NCBI GenBank assembly: GCA_038143065.1
Contig: JAYQLI010000035.1
Location: 480,001-544,000 of the forward strand
Length of the DNA: 64,000 nucleotides
Direction: 5' to 3'
From: Rhodospirillales bacterium
GTDB taxonomy: Bacteria > Pseudomonadota > Alphaproteobacteria > Bin95
Positions 10,649 to 21,818 of this stretch are shown one piece after another. Both the position numbers and the translations under genes were made by a program. Positions within the stretch are counted from its first letter, which is position 1. The number at the start of each line of letters is the position of its first letter. Under the pieces are notes generated by a model. The model saw only the letters and a list, made by a program, of their open reading frames with translations, did not search any database and was not told the origin of the DNA.

Positions 10649-11924
10649 AGCTTCAAACGAGAATTTTAACGCTGAACTATCCGCTCTATTGGAAGAGAGG
10701 CGAAAGAGCGTTTCACAGAAGGTCGATGCGCCAGTAGCTGAAATTATTAATGATGTTCGCTGTTCTGGCATCTCTGCTGTTATTTCGGCCACTGCAAAAT
10801 TTGACGAATTTCAGGCGCGGGTACCTGAGGAATTGCGCGTTCCGCCAGAAGCGTTGGTGGAAGCTCTTGAAAGCCTGCCAGGTAAGATGCGTGATGCCCT
10901 AGAACTGGCCGCCTCTCGAATTCAATCATTTCATGAGCGCCAGTTGCCGACAGGATTTGAGTACACCGATGATCTTGGAGTAAAATTAGGGATGCGGTGG
11001 ACTGCAATAAATGCCGTTGGATTATATGTTCCAGGCGGTGCCGCTGCATATCCAAGTTCAGTTTTAATGAATGCAATCCCTGCGAAAGTCGCTGGGGTTG
11101 AACGACTCGTGATTACTGCGCCAACACCCAGAGGAAAAGATAACTCTATGGTGTTAGCGGCAGCTGCTTTAGCGGGGGTAGATGAGGTTTGGCGAATAGG
11201 GGGAGCGCAAGCTATTGCCGCGTTAGCGTATGGTGCAGATCCCATTTTTCCTGTCGATAAGATTGTTGGTCCCGGTAATGCCTATGTGGCTGAAGCGAAA
11301 AGGCAAGTCTTCGGTCAAGTCGGTATAGATATGATTGCTGGTCCGTCTGAAGTTCTTGTTGTGGCTGATAAATCAGCCGATCCACGTTGGCTTGCAATAG
11401 ATCTTCTAGCACAGGCAGAACATGATACGGACGCTCAATCCATTATAATTTCGGACTCAGTTGAGCTCTTAAAGAGCGTTCAGGATGCAGTTGAGCAAGA
11501 GCTTAAAACGCTTCCGAGATCAGCTATTGCAGGTGCATCTTGGAATAATCATGGTGGTTTGATCCGCGCAAGTTTGGAAGCAACACCTCAAATCATAGAT
11601 CACATAGCACCAGAGCATCTTGAATTAGCTATAGAGAAGCCAACGGTACTTGCAGACAGGGTTCAAAATGCCGGATCTATTTTCATTGGTACTAAAACGC
11701 CGGAGGCTATAGGGGATTATATAGGGGGCCCAAATCATGTTTTACCTACATCGGGCGCAGCGCGTTTTTCTTCTGGTTTAGGCGTCATAGATTTTATGAA
11801 GCGCACAACATTGATGGGTTGTGATGATGGTAGCCTTTCGCATATTGGTCCGCCTGCAATTACCTTGGCCGATTCAGAGGGTCTTGATGCACACGCTCGG
11901 TCCATTGCCGTTCGTTTGAGCTGA
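10632..11924 (+). CDS. hisD: Histidinol dehydrogenase
   Basis: [40 protein letters not shown]. Confidence 0.97.
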   Translation: MPRWLEASNENFNAELSALLEERRKSVSQKVDAPVAEIINDVRCSGISAVISATAKFDEFQARVPEELRVPPEALVEALESLPGKMRDALELAASRIQSFHERQLPTGFEYTDDLGVKLGMRWTAINAVGLYVPGGAAAYPSSVLMNAIPAKVAGVERLVITAPTPRGKDNSMVLAAAALAGVDEVWRIGGAQAIAALAYGADPIFPVDKIVGPGNAYVAEAKRQVFGQVGIDMIAGPSEVLVVADKSADPRWLAIDLLAQAEHDTDAQSIIISDSVELLKSVQDAVEQELKTLPRSAIAGASWNNHGGLIRASLEATPQIIDHIAPEHLELAIEKPTVLADRVQNAGSIFIGTKTPEAIGDYIGGPNHVLPTSGAARFSSGLGVIDFMKRTTLMGCDDGSLSHIGPPAITLADSEGLDAHARSIAVRLS

Positions 11925-12396
11925 TGGATTCAGATGATCGTATTGTTCAGATTGAGCTTGATGAAGGTTTAGGAGCTCGAGGAAAGCCTGAAATTGAGCA
12001 GGAACGAGCGATAGCATTACAAGCATTCATTGAGGAAAATAGCTTTTCAATCCGCGATGGTAAACTGGGACCATATCACCTGACTTTAGGGTTGGATGAA
12101 GACCGACTTCTGATGAAAGTGCGAGCATTAGCATCAGAAGAATATGTATTGATTGGGCTTCCACTAAGCCCATTCCGAAAAATTTTTAGAGACTATTTTT
12201 TGATTTGCGACAGCTATTTTGAAGCAATTCGTGACAAACCACTTTCGTATATTGAAGCCATAGATATGGGGCGACGGAGTTTACATAATGAGGCAGCAGA
12301 GAGTTGTGTGCAGCCTTAGATGATCGAGTTGTGATTAATAAAACAACAGCCAGGCGCTTGTTTACCTTATTATGCGTCCTCCATTCACGCCATTAA
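11924..12396 (+). CDS. UPF0262 family protein (frameshift near 12300)
   Basis: E.ER..A, GPY.L, IEAIDMGRR.LHNE. The shifted tail reads TARRLFTLLCVLH*. Typical position after hisD. Confidence 0.9.
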
Positions 12397-12404
12397 AGGA
12401 ATGG

Positions 12405-12850
12405 ATGATGGAGAGGCCAGTATCTAGTGTTCTATTTGCTTGTACCTCTAATTCTATTCGATCGCGGTTAGCAGAAGAGCTTGCACGATGGCGAACACGG
12501 GGGCGGGTTCATATAACCTCGTGCGGGGTAAAGCCAGGCGTTCGTGATGGTTTTGTAGCTGAGGTGCTTGATGAAATAGGCTTAGAACTATCAGATCAGG
12601 AAACTAGAGGCTTTCGAGACCTTGAAGATTCAGATTTTGATTTGATTATTACTTTGTCGCCAGACGCCCACAATGCTGCATTAAAATTTGCCAGAAACCT
12701 GGCAACAGTCGTCAGTATTGGCCGACCGTTGATCCCTCTTTGGTGGAAGGTAATAGAGAGCAAAGATTAGAGGCCTATCGTCGAACCCGTGATGAAATAC
12801 AGCAGCGCATCACAGCTAGGGTATCGGGATCTTCAGCACCCGTGGTATGA
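12405..12850 (+). CDS. Low-molecular-weight protein-tyrosine phosphatase/ArsC-like protein (frameshifted)
   Basis: VLFACTSNSIRS P-loop. The shifted tail reads EAYRRTRDEIQQRI. Confidence 0.85.
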
Positions 12851-12857
12851 AAACGTT

Positions 12858-13442
12858 ATGATAAAGCCCAATTTTATTCTTGCTTCTGCATCACCTCGGC
12901 GGATCGATCTTCTATGTCAAATCGGAATTTCTGCTGACAATGTCGTTCCCGCCGATATTGATGAGACGCCATTGGCGAAAGAATTACCCAGGCAACTGGC
13001 AAAGCGCCTTTCATTATTAAAGGCAAAGACTGTCGCAACATCCCACCCAGACGCGTTTGTGCTTGCAGCTGACACCGTAGTTGCGTGTGGTCGACGTATT
13101 CTGCCAAAGGCAAACAGGGTTGAAGATGCGGAACAGTGCCTGGGAATGCTTTCAGGTCGGAGTCACCGAGTTTTTAGTGGTATCGCTTTAATTACCCCAA
13201 AATCAGAAGTTTTTGCTCGGATTGTTGAAACATCGGTTACCTTTAAGCGTCTAGATAAGAAAGATCTTTCCTCGTACTTGCGTAGTGGGGAGTGGGAGGG
13301 AAAAGCGGGTGGTTACGCAATTCAAGGTCTTGCGGCTGGCTTTATTCGTCAAATCAAAGGTTCGTACTCAAACGTGGTAGGACTTCCCCTATTTGAAACT
13401 ACTCAGCTTCTTCAGGGCGCAGGCTTCCAAGTCTTTAAGTGA
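12858..13442 (+). CDS. maf: Maf family nucleoside triphosphate pyrophosphatase
   Basis: ILASASPRR, LAADTVV, KAGGYAIQG, NVVGLP. Confidence 0.95.
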   Translation: MIKPNFILASASPRRIDLLCQIGISADNVVPADIDETPLAKELPRQLAKRLSLLKAKTVATSHPDAFVLAADTVVACGRRILPKANRVEDAEQCLGMLSGRSHRVFSGIALITPKSEVFARIVETSVTFKRLDKKDLSSYLRSGEWEGKAGGYAIQGLAAGFIRQIKGSYSNVVGLPLFETTQLLQGAGFQVFK

Positions 13443-14734
13443 TGGCTGATATGATCGACCGTGTCATTTTAGAGGTGTCTCCGGGGCAAGCTAGAGCAGT
13501 GGCTTTTGTTGGAGATGAACCTTGGGAAATAGCCATTGAACGTCTTAGTAACGAACCATCGGAGGGCGATATCTTTCGGGCTCGTGCAGGAGCACCAGGG
13601 CCAGATGGAGGTCGCTTTTTTGATCTCGGTAATGGAAGAGTTGGTTTAGCTAGAAGAGCCAAGTCAGATTGGACTGAAGGTAGTTATGGGCTTGTTCAAG
13701 TCTTGCGAGGTGATGCAGGGGATAAGGGGGCTCGGGTAACAGACAGAGTATGGCTTAACCAAGGAGGTTTATCAGTTTCATTAGGCGCCGATGGTAAAAA
13801 GAGCGATCGGGTCGAGATCTCACGAGGATTACCCAAGGCAATTCGTTCCGAGCTCCGTGATCGACTTGAGTTGACTTTACCTAAAAGTGTAGCAGTCCGT
13901 GTTATGCAGGCATCACCAGGAGAGATTGAGGCTGATGTTTGGGCAATGGCCAAGTTTTGGGAAATCTTTGAAAATATTGGTGGAAGTCCAAGGCAGGTGC
14001 ACCAGGCTCCTGGAGAAATTGAGCAGCTAGCTACTAGGGCTAGGTCAGCTACATGGGTGGCAGCTGACCTTGCAAGCAATGTGTGGGCAGGAAGTTTTGG
14101 GGTTAGCTTTGGTAAACCTGATCAAAGCGTTGCTTTGGAAATTGATCGTTCGATATCCACGGGATTAGATAGTCAGGTTTACCTTCCTGGAGGCGGAAAT
14201 CTTTGGATTGAGCCTACAAGAGCGTTAACAGCTATCGACATCGACAGTGGATCCAGAGAACAGGAAAACATCAATGAAGTTGCAGCTAGAGAGATCGCAC
14301 GGCAAATTCGGCTTAGGAGGCTTGGAGGGATAATTTCGATTGATTTTATTCGGTCTAACATCAAGCCAGCATTAGAAATTCTCGAAGAATTTAGCAAAGT
14401 AGATCCCTGGGCTTGGCGTGCCCCTAAAGAAGCAGATGCTGTTGGTCTTGTGAGCTTTCAGCGAGAGCGTCGTGGGCAAAGCTTGGCTAAACTCACTTCT
14501 GGAACAACTGCAATTGCTTTGGATAGCCTAAAATTTATTTGCAGATGTGCTCGTGATGGAGCCACGGTTATTGAAGCACCTGGTGCTGTCATCGATATGT
14601 TGCTTGGAGTGCTTCATAGTGAATATTTAGAGGCCCAACAACGAATTGGGGGGCCTATTGAGTTGGTGAGAACTAAAAAGTCTGGGGAGGTTTTCATCAA
14701 GGATCGGAATGGTAAGGTTCTGCAGCAAATTTGA
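13442..14734 (+). CDS. Ribonuclease E/G family protein (divergent)
   Basis: LPGGGNLWIEPTRALTAIDIDSG, EIARQIRLRRLGGIISIDFI. Position between maf and yacG. Confidence 0.82.
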   Translation: MADMIDRVILEVSPGQARAVAFVGDEPWEIAIERLSNEPSEGDIFRARAGAPGPDGGRFFDLGNGRVGLARRAKSDWTEGSYGLVQVLRGDAGDKGARVTDRVWLNQGGLSVSLGADGKKSDRVEISRGLPKAIRSELRDRLELTLPKSVAVRVMQASPGEIEADVWAMAKFWEIFENIGGSPRQVHQAPGEIEQLATRARSATWVAADLASNVWAGSFGVSFGKPDQSVALEIDRSISTGLDSQVYLPGGGNLWIEPTRALTAIDIDSGSREQENINEVAAREIARQIRLRRLGGIISIDFIRSNIKPALEILEEFSKVDPWAWRAPKEADAVGLVSFQRERRGQSLAKLTSGTTAIALDSLKFICRCARDGATVIEAPGAVIDMLLGVLHSEYLEAQQRIGGPIELVRTKKSGEVFIKDRNGKVLQQI

Positions 14735-14745
14735 ATGGGGCAGTC

Positions 14746-14970
14746 ATGGTAGGTGAGAAAGTCACTCGATTTCGTGCACGAGGCAAACGCTGTCCGATTT
14801 GCAAAGAGATCGCATCTGCGGACCATCGCCCCTTTTGCTCTAAACGCTGTGCGGAAATTGATTTAGGCCGGTGGTTAGGAGAGGTTTATCGTGCTCCTGC
14901 AGAAGATGACTGGGCTGAGGCTGAATCTTGGTCTGAGAATTCACCAACAATTCTTCCGAAAGAAGATTAA
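14746..14970 (+). CDS. yacG: DNA gyrase inhibitor YacG
   Basis: CPIC...PFCSKRCAEIDLGRW. Confidence 0.93.
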   Translation: MVGEKVTRFRARGKRCPICKEIASADHRPFCSKRCAEIDLGRWLGEVYRAPAEDDWAEAESWSENSPTILPKED

Positions 14971-14972
14971 GA

Positions 14973-16163
14973 ATGGAAACCCATATTTTATTAATTGGAG
15001 CCGGCATTGGTGGTTTAGGAGCTGCGAATGCGCTGGTAAGGGGAGGTTTTAAAGTAACAGTCATCGAACAAGCTAAATCGCTGGGTGAGGTTGGAGCGGG
15101 GGTGCAGCTCGGACCTAACGCAACCCGTGTCTTTCACAGCATGGGCTTATTAGATGATTTGTTAGCTCAATCTGTTTCGCCGAAAGCGCAAATTGCATTT
15201 TCCTTTGAAGATGGAAAGGAACTTCGTCACGTAACTTTTGCCGAAAAATTGAAGCAGACGTTTGGATTTCCTTATCTGCATGTGTATCGGCCAGATCTCC
15301 TTAATGTTTTGTCCAATGGTTGTGATATCGAACTAAAACTTGAATCCCAGGTAACGAATGTTTTTGAAGAAGATGATCGGGCAGGGGTGCGCCTATCATC
15401 AGGTGAAGAACTCTGGGCTGATGCCATTATCGGGTGTGATGGTATCCACTCAGTCGTGCGTTCATATTTGCATGGACCCATTCCTGCACGCTTTTCAGGC
15501 AATATGGCTTGGAGAGGGCTGTGTCCTGGCGATGTAGCTCGTGAGCTAGGTATTCCACGAGTTTCTGCTAATTGGTGGGGGCCTGGGCGACATTTCGTGC
15601 ACTATTATGTAGCTGGAGGCCGTTATTTAAACTGGGTTGGAATCGCGCCTCATGATGGGAGTGCAATTGAAAGTTGGAGCGCTAAGGGTGAGATCACTGA
15701 AGCCCTTCGGGATTTTTCTATGTTTGATAAACAAGTGAGAAACATAATAACTTCTACCCCTTCAACAATGAAATGGGCTTTACATGATCGCGACCCATTA
15801 CCTTTCTGGTCCAAGGGGCGGATAAGTCTTCTTGGTGATGCTGCTCATCCAATGCTGCCGTTTATGGCTCAAGGGGCAGCACAATCTATTGAGGATGGTT
15901 ATGTTTTACGTCGATGTCTTGAAGATTGTGAGCACGTCATTGAGGGGCTTAGACGATATGAACAAAATCGATTAGAGCGTACTGCTTGGGTTCAACAAGG
16001 AAGTAGAAAAAACGAAACTCTGTTCCATTTATCCGACCCAAAGGAGGTTGCGGCTAGGAATTCTCGTTTACAGGCGGAAGTTGATACCAACATTCAACAA
16101 GTTCAGCCCGATCAATCTCGTCTTTTTGGGTATGATCCGGTTAATGACCCACTAAGTAATTAG
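14973..16163 (+). CDS. FAD-dependent monooxygenase (salicylate hydroxylase-like)
   Basis: IGAGIGG, GCDGIHS, LLGDAAHPMLPFMAQGAAQSIED. Confidence 0.9.
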   Translation: METHILLIGAGIGGLGAANALVRGGFKVTVIEQAKSLGEVGAGVQLGPNATRVFHSMGLLDDLLAQSVSPKAQIAFSFEDGKELRHVTFAEKLKQTFGFPYLHVYRPDLLNVLSNGCDIELKLESQVTNVFEEDDRAGVRLSSGEELWADAIIGCDGIHSVVRSYLHGPIPARFSGNMAWRGLCPGDVARELGIPRVSANWWGPGRHFVHYYVAGGRYLNWVGIAPHDGSAIESWSAKGEITEALRDFSMFDKQVRNIITSTPSTMKWALHDRDPLPFWSKGRISLLGDAAHPMLPFMAQGAAQSIEDGYVLRRCLEDCEHVIEGLRRYEQNRLERTAWVQQGSRKNETLFHLSDPKEVAARNSRLQAEVDTNIQQVQPDQSRLFGYDPVNDPLSN

Positions 16164-16168
16164 TAGAC

Positions 16169-16218
16169 AAAAAATAAAAACGCCCGCGAGACATGTGGGC
16201 CTGCGAGCGCTTATTTTT
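16169..16218. terminator. Probable bidirectional intrinsic terminator
   Basis: AAAAATAA..CGCCCGC...GCGAGCG..TTATTTTT between convergent genes. Confidence 0.5.
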
Positions 16219-16237
16219 AGATTATCGGCAGATAGGC

Positions 16238-16405
16238 TTATTTCATCTTTGTTTCTTTGAAGAGTACATGTTTACGAGCCTTAGGGTCATACTTCATCAG
16301 CTCGAGTTTTTCAGGCTTGGTGCGCGGATTTTTCTTTGCCACGTAGAAATAGCCAGTATCTGCGGTGCTAACCATTTTGACTTGAAGTGTTGCGGGTTTA
16401 GCCAT
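16238..16405 (-). CDS. rpmG: 50S ribosomal protein L33 (absent from the ORF track)
   Basis: Translated by hand: [55 protein letters not shown]. Confidence 0.96.
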   Translation of the reverse strand: MAKPATLQVKMVSTADTGYFYVAKKNPRTKPEKLELMKYDPKARKHVLFKETKMK

Positions 16406-16547
16406 CTTTAGCGCTCCTAAATCACCGGCAGTTTATATGCCGGCAGCAGAAACTCAGTCAAGCTCTTCTAATATCATGACTTACCGATTGTGATTATTTT
16501 CGCCAGATTAGTTGATAGGATTGAAATTTGAGGTTTTTGTTCGTTTA

Positions 16548-18727
16548 TTAGCTGTTCATTGATCTTCGGGATCTTCGGCGATGTCTACGTTTTGGACGAT
16601 TTCTAGAATTTCGGGAAACTAGCGTCGTTTTTATTGATAAATTTACACTGCCAGTCGCTGGGTCAGCACTTTCTATGCGTACAGTGACACTGCTACCAAG
16701 TTTAAAAGCCGTCTTTGTGCTCCTAGACTCCATAGCCAATCCATTTCTACTTAATGTCCAGTAATCATCGGATAAATGAGCTGCTGGAACAAACCCATCT
16801 AAAATAGGTTCCAATATTCGGACAAAGAGACCGGCGCGATTTAACCCCACGATTTGGCCTTCAAACTCTTCACCGACATATTTAGTAGCTAATGATGCCC
16901 CATAGCGGTCCAATGTTGAGCGTTCGATCAGTGATGAACGGCGTTCGGTCCTGTTTATTTGCTCGCTTACATTTTCTAATTCGTCAACGCCATCCACAAA
17001 GCCATCTGGACCTAAGTCTAGTGCCTTAATCAGTGCTCTATGGACAACTAGATCTGAGTATCTCCGAATTGGGGAGGTAAAATGTGTATAGGCTGTCAGA
17101 GCAAGCCCAAAATGTCCCTGGCATTCAGGGGAATAACGGGCCTGAGCTTGAGCTCGAAGAATTAGTTCAGACAGGATTGTTTTGGTTTCTAAATCGTCAA
17201 TTCTTCTCAATAAGCCATTTAAATGTTGGGAGTTATCCATTCGAGCCCCAGGATGAGAAGCTCCAAGACTTTGAGCTGTTTCAATCAGTAAACCTATCTT
17301 TTCTGGGTCAGGTTTGTCGTGAACACGGTAGAGTGCAGTAACGTTATTTTGAAGTAGAGTTTCGGCTGCGGCGGCATTGGCCTGAACCATAAATTCTTCA
17401 ATGAGTTGATGGCTGGATAATGTTTCTCGAAGCTCCATGCCTGTTGCTTGACTATCTTCATTGAAAGCAACCGTGCGTTCGGGGAGATTTAGTTCTAGAG
17501 GACCACGAGCATCTCTATTTTTCTTTAAAGAGGCGTAGGCCGAATATAAGCGATGGATAGCCGTGCTTGCATTTGACTCCGGACTAGAGTTCGAAAGTTC
17601 ATGTGCTTGTTCATAGGTCAATCTGAAATGGGATCGCATCAAGCCACGCCCAAAGGTTGTTTTTACTCTCCTTCCATTGGCGTCAAAAGTCATATTGGCA
17701 AAAAGACATAAACGATCTTCATCTGGTTTCAACGAGCATAGGCCGTTAGAAAGCTCCTCTGGGAGCATTGGGATCGCTTTGTCAGGTAGGTATGTAGAAT
17801 TTCCTCTTAAGCGTGCTTCTGTATCTAATGCAGAATTTGGAAGTACGTAATTCGCGACCTCCGCTATAGCTACTATAATTCTCCAGCCTCTACCCGAAGG
17901 TTCAGCAAAAACTGCGTCGTCAAAATCACGGGCGTCGGAGCCATCAATCGTTAATAATTCAACGTTTCTTAGGTCAACCCGTGAACCCAAAGATGGTTTT
18001 TCTGCGGCTTTAGCCTCCGCAAGTACTTCTTCTGGGAAGTCTAATGGCGCCCCCATTTGCGCCATTAAAGCTAATCCAAAAGCGGATGGGTCGTCTGCTC
18101 TGCCGTGAAATGAAATGATTTGCGCACGATAATCTCTGCCATGCCGACCTAGTTTTGGAGTTTGCGGTTTCACAAGGACTAGATCGCCCTCGGTCAAATT
18201 TCTTTGAGGCTTTCCAGATATTCCCCAGGTGTGAGGTCTACCAGGCCGCGCTGCTTTTAGGTAAGCCGATTAGCGCCATCTCTTTGAACAACAGCAAGCT
18301 CAAATTCGTCTGTACGTCCAACTGCTTTATTTAAAATTCTGATTGGGCGAGCCACCCAACCATGCCCGTCAGGTTCTGTTCGTGCAATTAACCGAATACC
18401 TTTCGCAAGCTTATGCTCGTTACGTCTTACTTTTATACGGACCGAGGGTGCAGTACCTTCTCCCTGCCACTGAATTGGAGTGGCTAGTGGAGCTCCATCT
18501 GAGTCGGTGCCCGTAATTTCCAATATTGTAGTTGCAGGCATGCTTTGAGAAATTAGATTGCGTTTGTTTTCCAAAGCTTCGCGATAAAGATTTTTAAATG
18601 CGCGGCGCTCTTCAACGCCCTTGATGCCAAAATCACGAGCAGCCTGACTGGCCTTGTGTCGACCTTCGACAGTTGCAAGCCAGGCTCGAATATCGGCTGG
18701 CGTTGGGAGGCTAAATCCTCGCTTCAA
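16548..18727 (-). CDS. rnr: Ribonuclease R (frameshift near 18260)
   Basis: TIDGSDARDFDDA, LIEEFM, HFGLA..YTHFTSPIRRY, C-terminal S1 and basic tail. Confidence 0.92.
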
Positions 18728-18739
18728 TTTTATTCTGCT

Positions 18740-21334
18740 TTAGCCTTTGTTTTCTTTTAGGTTTAGCTTTTGCTTTTGATGCATTTTTTTTGGACGAACC
18801 CTTCGAAGCCTTGGTTTTCGATTTTCCACCAGATTTTTGGCAATTAGTTCGACAGCTTCCTCCATCGAAAAAGCTTCTATTTCCGCACCCTTTGGGAGAG
18901 ATGCACGAACCCTTCCGAAGTTAATATATGGACCAAATCGACCTTTCTTTATAGTGATCTCCCCACCTCCTGACGGGTGAGCACCTAAGCTTCTCAGAGT
19001 AGATGAACCTCCTTTACCTTTTTCTTTTGCCTCGGCCAGTATAGTAACGGCTCTGTTAAGGCCCACAGTGAGAACATCGTCATCCTTTGGTAATGAGGTA
19101 TACCCTCCATCATGATGGAGATAAGGGCCAAATCTCCCTAAACCCGCTTTAATAATTTTCCCACTTTCAGGATGATCGCCAACCGTTCTTGGCAAAGATA
19201 GAAGCGCCAGAGCTCGTTCAAGGGTCATTTCTGAAGGGAGGTCTCCTTTGGGGAGAGAGGCACGTTTAGGTTTGGGTGATCCTTTCTCCTCACTTGCTTC
19301 ACCGAGCTGTACGTAGTGACCGTAAGGTCCGCTGCGCAGAGTTACAGGGTGACCAGTTTCCGGATCGTCACCGAGATGTTTTGGCCCATCTAGGGCTTCT
19401 GTAGCTTTCTCAGAATTGGGCGTCGCTAATGGCCTCGTGTGCTTACATTCTGGGTAACGATTACATCCAATAAATGCACCGTGGCGCCCAAGGCGAAGAC
19501 CTAAACGGCCTTCATTGCATGCAGGGCATAATCGTGGGTCACTTACAGATTCTTCTGATGGAAAAAAGTGTGGGCCAAGCTGTTCATCGATTGCATCAAT
19601 TACTTCTGTTATGGACAGATCTGACGCTTTTCCAATTCGATCATTAAAACCACCCCAGAATTCATGGAGTAGGGTACGCCATCCCAACTCGCCATTGGAG
19701 ACATCGTCAAGCCGCTGCTCTAATTCGGCTGTAAAATCGTACTCAACATAGCGTTGGAAAAAATTCTCTAAAAAAGATGTAACTAATCGACCGCGGTCCT
19801 CGGGTATAAAACGCCGGCTCTCGAGACGGACATAGTTGCGATCTTGCAAAACTTGAAGAATGGAAGCGTAAGTAGAGGGCCGGCCTATCCCAAGTTCTTC
19901 CATAGACTTAACCGAGCTAGCTTCTGTGAAACGTGGAGGCGGCTGGGTAAAGTGTTGTTCTGGTGTTATTTTGCTGGGGCTCACAACTTCTTGTTTATTA
20001 AATGGTGCAAGTGCCTGACTGTGTTCATCTTCTGACACGTCATCTCCGCTTTCTTGATACAGAGCAAGAAAACCATCAAATGCAATTACTGAACCGGTTG
20101 CGCGGAATTTAATGCGGCTATCAGATGATGAAATAACCAAAGCTGTTTGATCAATTTTAGCCGATGCCATTTGAGATGCTACAGCTCTACGCCATATCAA
20201 ATCATATAATTTTAGGTCATCGCCAGTTAATACTTTAGACATAGTTTCCGGTGTACGGTTCATGTCTGTTGGTCGAATAGCTTCGTGCGCCTCCTGAGCG
20301 TTTTTAGCTTTACTGCGGAATTGACGAGGATCTGATGGAAGGTAGTTTTGTCCATGTTTGTCAGCGATTAGAGTACGGGCGCCTCTAACTGCCTCGGCCG
20401 ATAAGGCTACTGAGTCGGTCCTCATATAAGTGATTAGGCCTGTTGTTTCGCCATCAACTTCGAAACCTTCATATAATTTCTGAGCTATACGCATTGTAAT
20501 GCTAGTCGGCAGTCGGAGCTTTCTAGAGGCCTCTTGTTGCAGAGTAGATGTAGTGAATGGGGTGAAGGGTTTCTCGTCGTTTGACGTTTTTCTATGTCTG
20601 AAATTTTGTAATCGTTGCTAAGCGCCGAATTCATCACGGCGAGGGCGCTTGCCTCGGATGTAAGGTCAAACCTATCTAATCTCTCTCCATCGAAATGAGT
20701 TAGCCGCGCAGAAGCTGATCTGCCATCTTCAGATGTAAATACACCTTCGATTGACCAGTACTCACGCGGTGTGAAGGCCTCTATTTCACTTTCCCGCTGG
20801 CAGATAAGACGAAGGGCAACTGATTGAACCCGTCCAGCTGAGCGGGACCCAGGCAATTTGCGCCATAGTACCGGGGATAGTTTAAAGCCTACGAGGTAAT
20901 CTAATGCTCGCCGCGCAAGATATGCCTCGACCAGTTCATTATTAACTTTGCGAGGGTTGGCTACAGCCTCCTGAATGGCATTGCGTGTTATTTCATGAAA
21001 TACAACTCTAGAAACATCCTTATCGCGAGTTGTTCCAGATCCTTTCTAGTAAAGATTGAACATGCCAAGAGATTGCTTCGCCTTCACGATCTGGGTCAGT
21101 TGAAAGCAGTATCGATTCTGCTTTTTTTGCAGCTTTAGCAATATCTTTGACGCGTTTTGCAGCACGGTCATCAACTTCCCAAGACATCGCGAAATCTTCT
21201 TCCGGGCGATCTGAGCCATCTTTTGGGGGCAAGGCTCTAACATGGCCGTATGATGCTAGAACCTCATAGTCGCTGCCTAGATATTTATTGATAGTCTTGG
21301 CTTTTGCTGGTGACTCTACCACTACAAGTTTCAT
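18740..21334 (-). CDS. topA: DNA topoisomerase I (frameshifts)
   Basis: VVESPAKAK, DPDREGE, SAGRVQS, LITYMRTD, GIGRPSTY, Zn ribbon and Topo_C repeats. Confidence 0.96.
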
Positions 21335-21818
21335 TACTTCGCGCTCATATTCTTATCAGATCTGACCAAGGAAATATTTTGACCTCGATCTCAAATCTAT
21401 TAGATCCACATCTAATTTGGCAACTTAAAGCAAGTTAAGTCCGGTTGAGAGCTAACATGGAAAAAAATATTTTGAAGTTAGTCTCTCGAAAATATTTTGC
21501 TTGTTCGTGTGATGTCGCATCGGCGTAGCAGTTCGTCAACTCTGTGCGCAACAAATCTGAGTCTTAAATCAAAAAAGCTCTGAGACAGTAATTTTGTTGG
21601 TGTTCGCCCCAGAAGTTAAAGTTTTGTTTTTTAGCAACAGCGAATACAGTGCAAATAACGACAAAAGAATGTTTGAACCCCAAATATGTTGGCTTGGCGA
21701 ACCCAGGCGGAGCTTCTAGTTGCAAATGGGATTTCTCGATTGATATTAATTTTGAGGCTCGACTGCCATTAATACATCTCCCGCATCAGTTGATCTCTTT
21801 GGTCCCGTAGCACGTTGG

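Noticed and set aside
10083-11412. Many short antisense or alternate-frame ORFs over hisG/hisD (and similar ones across the window)
   Set aside because: They are shadow ORFs of well-conserved genes and show no recognisable motifs.
21425-21438. CtrA-like TTAA-N-TTAA site upstream of topA
   Set aside because: The spacer is 6 nt rather than the canonical 7, in AT-rich context.
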